Part shown: piece after piece, positions 42,801-53,710 of the stretch
How the letters are laid out: every line of letters starts with the position of its first letter
Position numbering within the stretch: position 1 is the stretch's first letter
Assembly: GCF_009914755.1 (NCBI RefSeq)
Contig: NC_060948.1
Reading direction: 5' to 3' (one strand)
Length of the DNA: 64,000 bases
Source of the DNA: the human T2T-CHM13v2.0 reference genome, Homo sapiens
The notes under the pieces: generated by a model
The model's input: the letters and a program-made list of their open reading frames with translations, nothing else
What the model was told of the DNA's origin: nothing
Databases searched by the model: none
Program-made: the position numbers and the translations under genes

Positions 42801-45800
42801 AATGGAGTCGAAACTAATGGACTGGAATAGAATGGACTCGACTGGTACGGACTCCAATGGAATGGAATCGAATGGAAGGGAATCGAACGGAATGGACTCG
42901 AAGGGACAAGACTGCAATGGAAAGGTCTCGAATGGAATGGAAATTAATGGAATGGAATGGAATCGAATGAAATGGAGTCAAAAGGAATGGAATCGAATGG
43001 CAAGAAATCGAATGTAATGGAATCGCAAGGAATTGATGTGAACGGAACGGAATGGAATGGAATCCAAAGGAATGGAATAGAATGGAATGGAATCGAATGG
43101 AAAGGACTCGAATGGAAATCACTCGAATAGAATGCAATTTAATAAAATAGGATCAAATGTAATGGAATGGAATGGAAAGGAATCGAAACGAAAGGAATGG
43201 AGACAGATGGAATGGAATGGAACAGAGAGCAATGGTATAGAATGGAATGGAATCATCTGGAATGGAATTGAATGGAATGGAATAATATGAAATGGAATGG
43301 AATGGAATGGAATGGAATGCCCTTGAATTAAATGGACTGGAATGGAATGGACTCGAACAGAGTGGAATGGAAAGTGTTGAGATAGAATGGAATGGACTCC
43401 TTTGGAATGGTGTAGTATGCAATGCAATCGACTGGCAGGGAATCAAAAGGAATGTAATGGAATGGATTGGACTGGAATGCAATGGACTCGAATAGATTGG
43501 AAACGGAATGCAAAGGAATGGAATGGAATAGTATGGAATGGAATGGAAAGGAATGGAGTGGAATAGACTAGAGTGGAATGGAATGGACTGGAAAGCAATG
43601 GACTGGAATGGAACTTTCTTGAATGGACTGGAATCAAACGGAATGGAATGCAATGCAATCAAATGGCATGGAATAAAATAGAATGAAAGAGAATCAAATG
43701 GAATTGAATCGAATGGAATCGAATGGATTGGAAAGGAATAGAATGGAATGGAATGGAATTGACTCAAATGGAATGGACTAGAATGGAATGGATTCGAATG
43801 GAAGGCAAAGGAATGGAATCTATTGGAATGGACTGTAATGGAATGGAATGGAAGGGATTGGAATGGACTCGAATGGAATGGACTGCAATAGAAAGGATTC
43901 GAATGGAATGAAAAAGAATTGAATGGAATAGAACAGAATGGAATCAAATCGAATGAAATGGAATGGAATAGAAAGGAATGGAATGAAATGGAATGGAAAG
44001 GATTCGAATGGAATGCAATCGAATGGAATGGAATCGAACGGAATGGAATAAAATGGAAGAAAACTGGCAAGAAATGGAATCGAAATGAATGGAGTGTTAT
44101 GGAACGGACTCAAAAGGAATTGAATGTAATAGAATGGAGTGGAGTGGACTCGAATATAATGGACTGGAATGGAATGAAATCACATGGAATGGGAACGAAT
44201 GGAATGGAATGGAAAGGAATGGAATCGAATGGAAAGGAATCGAATGGAAGGGAATGAAATTGAATCAACAGGAATGGAAGGGAATTGAATAGACGGTAAT
44301 GGAATGGACTCGAATAGAATGGACACGAATGCTCAAATTGAATGGACTCGAATGGAATGGAAACGAAAGGAATGTCATCGAATGGAATTGAATCGATTGG
44401 AATGAAATCGCATAGAATGGAGTGGAATCAAATGGAATTGAATCGAAAGGAAAGGAAGCGAATGGACTGAAATGAAATGGAATGGAATTGAATGGAAAGT
44501 AATGCAATGGAATAGAATGGAACGAAATTTCACGGAATGGAATCAAACTGAATGGAATCAAATCAATGGAATCCAATCAAATGGAATGGAGTAGATTGGA
44601 TTGGATGGGATTGGAATGAAATGTACTGGAAAGGACTCGAATTTCATGAAACGGAATGCAATGAATTGGAACGGAAAGGACTCGATTGGAATGGAATGTC
44701 ATGGAATGGCATCAAATGGAATGGCATCAAATGGAATGGAATCGAATGCAATGGAATGCTATGGAATGGAATGGAATGCATTGGAATGGAATGTCCTCTA
44801 ATGGAATGGATTCGAGTGGAATGGAATCGAATATAATGGAGTCGAATGAAATGGAATTGAAAGGAATGGGATCGAATACAATGGAATATACTGGAATGTA
44901 ATGTAATGAACTCGAATGTAATTGACTGGAATGGAATGTACATGAATGGAATGTAATCGAATGGAAAGTAATCCAATGGAATAGAATCTAATGCAATAAA
45001 ATCGACTCAGATAGAGTAGAATGTAATGGAATGGAGTGCAGTGCCATGGAATGGAATGGAATGGAATGCAATGGAATGGAATGGAATGCAATGGAATGGA
45101 ATGGAATGGGATGGAATGGGATGGAATGGTGTAGAATGGATAGTAATGGACTGGAGTGAAATGGACTGGAAAGGAATGGACTCAAATTGAAAGGGCTCGA
45201 AAGGAATGGAGTCAAATGGAATGGTCTGGATTGGAATGAACACGAATGTAATGCAATCCAATAGAATGGAATCGAATGGCATGGAATATAAAGAAATGGA
45301 ATCGAAGAGAATGGAAACAAATGGAATGGAATTGAATGGAATGGAATTGAATGGAATGGGAACGAATGGAGTGAAATTGTATGCAGTAGAAGAGAATAGA
45401 ATGGAATGCAAGCGAAAGGAAAGGAATGGATTGGAATGGAATGGAATTCATTGGAATGGAAGGGAATGTAGTGTAATGGACAGGCCTGGAATAAAGTGGA
45501 ATGCTACGGTCTCGAATGGAATAAAAATGTATGGAATGGAATGCAATGAAACGGAATCGAATGTCATAGAATGTAATGGAATGCAAAAAAATGGAATCCA
45601 AAATCATTGACTGGAAAGGCTGGGTGTCGAAAGGAATTGACTCCAATGGAATGGAATCGAATGGAATGGAAGAGAATAGAATCGAACTAAATCGAATGGA
45701 ATGGAATTGATAGGAACGGAATGGAAAGGAATGCAATCATTTGGCATGGAATGGAATCGAATGGCATCGAATGGAATGGAATGGAATGCAATGGAATGGA

Positions 45801-48800
45801 ATGTATTAGAATGTAATGAACTTTAATGGAATGTACTCGAATGGAATCGACTGGAATGGAATGTTCTGGAAGTGAATGGACTCCAATGGAATGGATTCAA
45901 AAGGAATGGAATCGTACGGAATGGAATCTAATGGAATGGAATTAAATGGAAATGAATCAAACTGAATAGAACGGAATTGAATTGAATGGAATCGAATGCA
46001 ATGGAATCTAATGAAACGGAAAGGAAAGGAATGGAATGGAATGGAATGGGCTGGAATGGAAAGGAATCGAAACGAATGGAATGGAATCGAACTGAAGAGA
46101 CTGGAATGGAATGCACTGGATGGAAGGGAGTGTAATGGAAGGTTCTCGAAAAAAATGGAATCGAATGGAATGGAATTGAATGGAACGGAATAGAGTCGAA
46201 TGGAATTGAATGGAATGGAATGGACTAGAGTGAAATGGAATCGAACCACAAGGAATGGACAGGAATAGAACGGTCTCGAATTGAATGGAATCGTATGGAA
46301 TATCATCAAACGGAATGGAATGGACAGCCACGGAATGGAATGCACTCGAATGCAATGGAGTCGAAACTAATGGACTGGAATAGAATGGACTCGACTGGTA
46401 CGGACTCCAATGGAATGGAATCGAATGGAAGGGAATCGAACGGAATGGACTCGAAGGGAAAAGACTGCAATGGAAAGGTCTCGAATGGAATGGAAATTAA
46501 TGGAATGGAATGGAATCGAATGAAATGGAGTCAAAAGGAATGGAATCGAATGGCAAGAAAACGAATGTAATGGAATCGCAAGGAATTGATGTGAACGGAA
46601 CGGAATGGAATGGAATCCAAAGGAATGGAATAGAATGGAATGGAATCGAATGGAAAGGACTCGAATGGAAATCACTCGAATAGAATGCAATTTAATAAAA
46701 TAGGACCAAATGTAATGGAATGGAATGGAAAGGAATCGAAACGAAAGGAATGGAGACAGATGGAATGGAATGGAACAGAGAGCAATGGTATAGAATGGAA
46801 TGGAATCATCTGGAATGGAATTGAATGGAATGGAATAACATGAAATGGACTGGAATGGAATGGAATGCCCTTGAATTAAATGGACTGGAATGGAATGGAC
46901 TCGAACAGAGTGGAATGGAAAGTGTTGAAATAGAATGGAATGGACTGGTTTGGAATGGTCTAGTATGCAATGCAATCGACTGGCAGGGAATCAAAAGGAA
47001 TGTAATCGAATGGATTGGACTGGAATGCAATGGACTCGAATAGATTGGAAACGGAATGCAAAGGAATGGAATGGAATAGTATGGAATGGAATGGAAAGGA
47101 ATGGAGTGGAATAGACTAGAGTGGAATGGAATGGACTCGAAAGCAATGGACTGGAATGGAACTTTCTTGAATGGACTGGAATCAAACGGAATGGAATGCA
47201 ATGCAATCAAATGGCATGGAATAAAATAGAATGAAAGAGAATCAAATGGAATTGAATCGAATGGAATCGAATGGATTGGAAAGGAATAGAATGGAATGGA
47301 ATGGAATTGACTCAAATGGAATGGACTAGAATGGAATGGATTCGAATGGAAGGCAAAGGAATGGAATCTATTGGAATGGACTGTAATGGAATGCAATGGA
47401 AGGGATTGGAATGGACTCGAATGGAATGGACTGCAATAGAAAGGATTCGAATGGAATGAAAAAGAATTGAATGGAATAGAACAGAATGGAATCAAATCGA
47501 ATGAAATGGAATGGAATAGAAAGGAATGGAATGAAATGGAATGGAAAGGATTCGAATGGAATGCAATCGAATGGAATGTAATCGAACGCAATGGAATAAA
47601 ATGGAAGAAAACTGGCAAGAAATGGAATCGAAATGAATGGAGTGTTATGGAACGGACTCAAAAGGAATTGAATGTAATAGAATGGAGTGGAGTGGACTCG
47701 AATATAATGGACTGGAATGGAATGAAATCACATGGAATGGGAACGAATGGAATGGAATGGAAAGGAATGGAATCGAATGGAAAGGAATCGAATGGAAGGG
47801 AATGAAATTGAATCAACAGGAATGGAAGGGAATAGAATAGACGGTAATGGAATGGACTCGAATAGAATGGACACAAATGCTCAAATTGAATGGACTCGAA
47901 TGGAATGGAAACGAAAGGAATGTCATCGAATGGAATTGAATCGATTGGAATGAAATAGCATAGAATGGAGTGGAATCAAATGGAATTGAATCGAAAGGAA
48001 AGGAAGCGAATGGACTGAAATGAAATGGAATGGAATTGAATGGAAAGTTATGTAATGGAATAGAATGGAACGAAATTTCACAGGATGCAATCAAACTGAA
48101 TGGAATCAAATCAATGGAATCAAATCAAATGGAATGGAAAGGAATTGAATGGAGTAGATTGGATTGGATGGGATTGGAATGAAATGTACTGGAAAGGACT
48201 CGAATTTCATGAAACGGAATGGAATGAATTGGAACGGAACGGACTCGAATGGAATGGAATGTCATGGAATGGCATCAAATGGAATGGCATCAAATGGAAT
48301 GGAATCGAATGCAATGGAGTGCTATGGAATGGAATGGAATGCATTGGAATGGAATGTCCTCTAATGGAATGGATTCGAGTGGAATGGAATCGAATATAAT
48401 GGAGTCGAATGAAATGGAATTGAAAGGAATGGGATCGAATACAATGGAATATACTGGAATGTAATGTAATGAACTCGAATGTAATTGACTGGAATGGAAT
48501 GTATATGAATGGAATGTAATTGAATGGAAAGTAATCCAATGGAATAGAATCTAATGCAATAAAATCGACTCAGATAGAGTAGAATGTAATGGAATGGAGT
48601 GCAGTGAAATGGAATGGAATGGAATGGAATGCAATGGAATGGAATGGAATGGAATGGAATGGGATGGAATGGTGTGGAATGGATAGTAATGGACTGGAGT
48701 GAAATGGACTGGAAAGGAATGGACTCAAATTGAAAGGGCTCGAAAGGAATGGAGTCAAATGGAATGGTCTGGAATGGAATGAACACGAATGTAATGCAAT

Positions 48801-51800
48801 CCAATAGAATGGAATCGAATGGCATGGAATATAAAGAAATGGAATCGAAGAGAATGGAAACAAATGGAATGGAATTGAATGGAATGGAATTGAATGGAAT
48901 GGGAACGAATGGAGTGAAATTGTATGCAGTAGAAGAGAATAGAATGGAATGCAAGCGAAAGGAAAGGAATGGATTGGAATGGAATGGAATTCATTGGAAT
49001 GGAAGGGAATGTAGTGTAATGGACAGGCCTGGAATAAAGTGGAATGCTACGGTCTCGAATGGAATAAAAATGTATGGAATGGAATGCAATGAAACGGAAT
49101 CGAATGTCATAGAATGAAATGGAATGCAAAAAAATGGAATCCAAAATCATTGACTGGAAAGGCTGGGTGTCGAAAGGAATTGACTCCAATGGAATGGAAT
49201 CGAATGGAATGGAAGTGAATAGAATCGAACTAAATCGAATGGAATGGAATTGATAGGAACGGAATGGAAAGGAATGCAATGATTTGGCATGGAATGGAAT
49301 CGAATGGCATCGAATGGAATGGAATGGAATGCAATGGAATGGAATGTATTAGAATGTAATGAACTTTAATGGAATGTACTCGAATGGATTCGACTGGAAT
49401 GGAATGTTCTGGAAGTGAATGGACTCCAATGGAATGGATTCAAAAGGAATGGAATCGTACGGAATGGAATCTAATGGAATGGAATTAAATGGAAATGAAT
49501 CAAATTGAATAGCACGGAATTGAATTGAATGGAATCGAATGCAATGGAATCTAATGAAACGGAAAGGAAAGGAATGGAATGGAATGGAATGGGCTGGAAT
49601 GGAAAGGAATCGAAACGAATGGAATGGAATCGAACTGAAGAGACTGGAATGGAATGCACTGGAATGGAAGGGAGTGTAATGGAAGGTTCTCGAAAAAAAT
49701 GGAATCGAATGGAATGGAATTGAATGGAACGGAATAGAGTCGAATGGAATTGAATGGAATGGAATGGACTAGAGTGAAATGGAATCGAACCACAAGGAAT
49801 GGACAGGAATAGAATGGTCTCGAATTGAATGGAATCGTATGGAATGGCATCAAACGGAATGGAATGGACAGCCACGGAATGGAATGCACTCGAATGCAAT
49901 GGAGTCGAAACTAATGGACTGGAATAGAATGGACTCGACTGGTACGGACTCCAATGGAATGGAATCGAATGGAAGGGAATCGAACGGAATGGACTCGAAG
50001 GGAAAAGACTGCAATGGAGAGGTCTCGAATGGAATGGAAATTAATGGAATGGAATGGAATCGAATGAAATGGAGTCAAAAGGAATGGAATCGAATGGCAA
50101 GAAATCGAATGTAATGGAATCGCAAGGAATTGATGTGAACGGAACGGAATGGAATGGAATCCAAAGGAATGGAATAGAATGGAATGGAATCGAATGGAAA
50201 GGACTCGAATGGAAATCACTCGAATAGAATGCAATTTAATAAAATAGGATCAAATGTAATGGAATGGAATGGAAAGGAATCGAAACGAAAGGAATGGAGA
50301 CAGATGGAATGGAATGGAACAGAGAGCAATGGTATAGAATGGAATGGAATCATCTGGAATGGAATTGAATGGAATGGAATAACATGAAATGGACTGGAAT
50401 GGAATGGAATGCCCTTGAATTAAATGGACTGGAATGGAATGGACTCGAACAGAGTGGAATGGAAAGTGTTGAAATAGAATGGAATGGACTGGTTTGGAAT
50501 GGTCTAGTATGCAATGCAATCGACTGGCAGGGAATCAAAAGGAATGTAATCGAATGGATTGGACTGGAATGCAATGGACTCGAATAGATTGGAAACGGAA
50601 TGCAAAGGAATGGAATGGAATAGTATGGAATGGAATGGAAAGGAATGGAGTGGAATAGACTAGAGTGGAATGGAATGGACTCGAAAGCAATGGACTGGAA
50701 TGGAACTTTCTTGAATGGACTGGAATCAAACGGAATGGAATGCAATGCAATCAAATGGCATGGAATAAAATAGAATGAAAGAGAATGAAATGGAATTGAA
50801 TCGAATGGAATCGAATGGATTGGAAAGGAATAGAATGGAATGGAATGGAATTGACTCAAATGGAATGGACTAGAATGGAATGGATTCGAATGGAAGGCAA
50901 AGGAATGGAATCTATTGGAATGGACTGTAATGGAATGGAATGGAAGGGATTGGAATGGACTCGAATGGAATGGACTGCAATAGAAAGGATTCGAATGGAA
51001 TGAAAAAGAATTGAATGGAATAGAACAGAATGGAATCAAATCGAATGAAATGGAATGGAATAGAAAGGAATGGAATGAAATGGAATGGAAAGGATTCGAA
51101 TGGAATGCAATCGAATGGAATGTAATCGAACGCAATGGAATAAAATGGAAGAAAACTGGCAAGAAATGGAATCGAAATGAATGGAGTGTTATGGAACGGA
51201 CTCAAAAGGAATTGAATGTAATAGAATGGAGTGGAGTGGACTCGAATATAATGGACTGGAATGGAATGAAATCACATGGAATGGGAACGAATGGAATGGA
51301 ATGGAAAGGAATGGAATCGAATGGAAAGGAATCGAATGGAAGGGAATGAAATTGAATCAACAGGAATGGAAGGGAATAGAATAGACGGTAATGGAATGGA
51401 CTCGAATAGAATGGACACGAATGCTCAAATTGAATGGACTCGAATGGAATGGAAACGAAAGGAATGTCATCGAATGGAATTGAATCGATTGGAATGAAAT
51501 CGCATAGAATGGAGTGGAATCAAATGGAATTGAATCGAAAGGAAAGGAAGCGAATGGACTGAAATGAAATGGAATGGAATTGAATGGAAAGTAATGCAAT
51601 GGAATAGAATGGAACGAAATTTCACGGAATGGAATCAAACTGAATGGAATCAAATCAATGGAATCAAATCAAATGGAATGGAAAGGAATTGAATGGAGTA
51701 GATTGGATTGGATGGGATTGGAATGAAATGTACTGGAAAGGACTCGAATTTCATGAAACGGAATGGAATGAATTGGAACGGAATGGACTCGAATGGAATG

Positions 51801-52092
51801 GAATGTCATGGAATGGCATCAAATGGAATGGCATCAAATGGAATGGAATCGAATGCAATGGAATGCTATGGAATGGAATGGAATGCATTGGAATGGAATG
51901 TCCTCTAATGGAATGGATTCGAGTGGAATGGAATCGAATATAATGGAGTCGAATGAAATGGAATTGAAAGGAATGGGATCGAATACAATGGAATATACTG
52001 GAATGTAATGTAATGAACTCGAATGTATTTGACTGGAATGGAATGTACATGAATGGAATGTAATCGAATGGAAAGTAATCCAATGGAATAGA

Positions 52093-52096
52093 ATCA
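52093..52096. other. DYZ1-to-DYZ2 block junction
   Basis: DYZ1 normally reads CCAATGGAATAGAATC|TAATGC and DYZ2 normally reads CAGTATC|ATATATA. The junction reads GAATAGAATC|ATATATG, with the shared ATC at 52093-52095. Confidence 0.93.
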
Positions 52097-52822
52097 TATA
52101 TGATATATAATATATGTATAATATTGTTTTACATCCTGCATCTTATGTTGTATATATTGTATAAAATATAATAATTGATTATATATACTTTTATAACATA
52201 ATTTACATAAAATATCATAATATAATATATATTATATTATTTCATATTACATAATATATATTACATATCACCCAATATAAGTAACATACATAATATTATA
52301 ATATAGATTATATTATGTTATATTAAATATCATATATATTATGTATCATATATTCTATAATATATATTATACATTATATAATATGTATGTTGTCTATTAT
52401 GTGATATATATAACTATACATATAATTATATTATTATACGTATAACTAGATAAACATGTAATTCTTCATATTTTCATTTATAATATATAGAATTATATAA
52501 TGATATATAATTATGTATATTCTATAAAAAATTATATCATTATATAAATTATAATATATAAAAATTATAATATGTACTACAAATATATATATTATATATC
52601 ATATATGATATAGTACCTTTGTTATATATCATAATACATATAAATGTGTATTATGTTATCTATAATTATATAATTTCATATATAAGTTGTATAATATGTA
52701 TTATATATTATATATGTTATGTAATATATATAGTATATATAAGATGACACAGGATAAATATTATATACTATGACATATAAGATATATGAGGTTATATGTT
52801 TCATATAAGGCATAGCACATAA

Positions 52823-53137
<315 letters not shown>

Positions 53138-53710
53138 AGATCCATATTTTTTAAATGAAAAAAAATTTCAAAGGTACTCTGCTTGGTACAATAATCAAAT
53201 GTATAAACTGAGGAATAAAACATAACCATGAAACCTATTTATAACTGCATATGGAAAATACAGAGGATAATTTTTTAAATAACATATTGTTAAAGCCTTA
53301 ACTAGTAATTTGAAGAGTTGGCATTTGAAAGGCCAGTATGAATATACCTTCACAGCAGCAACACAGGTTCCCCATGAGAAAAAGCAAACTCAGGGAAAAT
53401 AAAACCACAAAGGTTCAATCTCTTCTGACCTTTGAAAGACACAGCACAGACAGTGGTCCTTAGGACGAAGAGTAGGAGACCCCTAATTCCGTCACCATGG
53501 CGATAGGGCATAAACATTGCTGGGTGAGGGCACAATCCACATTGTGAGGTCCAACTGCTGCCAGGAAGACAGGAGTGCTTTTACATGGACCGAAAGGTCA
53601 TTGAAGGCTCAGAGTTTTGTTTCAAGAACTGAATCCCAAGCCCACACGTTATTAGGCTGCGCTTCTTAAAACAAGTTATGAGATGGGAAAAAGGGCACCC
53701 ACAAACATAC
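53138..53710. repeat. HSATI-like mixed-sequence core of DYZ2 unit 1 (~570 bp)
   Basis: Complex segment between the Alu 5' end and the AT-rich tract. Position and size fit the HSATI component known for DYZ2; the name is assigned from known architecture, not from an alignment. Confidence 0.8.

Larger units (their letters stand above)
1..52095 (+). repeat. DYZ1: DYZ1 / Human Satellite 3 (HSat3) tandem array of ~3.55 kb units built from degenerate (GGAAT)n; ~14.7 copies; extends past the left edge of the window
   Basis: Continuous GGAAT/CGAAT/GGACT pentamer variants. A landmark (ATGGAATCGAACCACAAGG, one copy with a single substitution) recurs at 47, 3605, 7169, 10727, 14265, 17814, 21388, 24932, 28511, 32060, 35604, 39143, 42682, 46235, 49779 (periods 3538-3579). 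The single EcoRI and HaeIII site per unit and the adjacency to DYZ2 match the known Yq12 DYZ1 repeat. Confidence 0.97.

Noticed and set aside
1-52095. Telomeric repeat, alpha satellite, HSat2, or EWS-FLI1 GGAA microsatellite
   Set aside because: The period is 5 bp with a 3.55 kb superstructure. There is no TTAGGG run, no 171-bp monomer, no HSat2-type ~26-bp GATGAT-containing periodicity and no pure (GGAA)n tract.
47-52097. Hundreds of ORFs (MEWNG... on +, FHSIP... on -), up to 418 aa at 3737-4993
   Set aside because: They are direct translations of (GGAAT)n/(ATTCC)n, which has no stop codon in any frame. They overlap in all frames, change freely with frameshifting indels and have no domain content.
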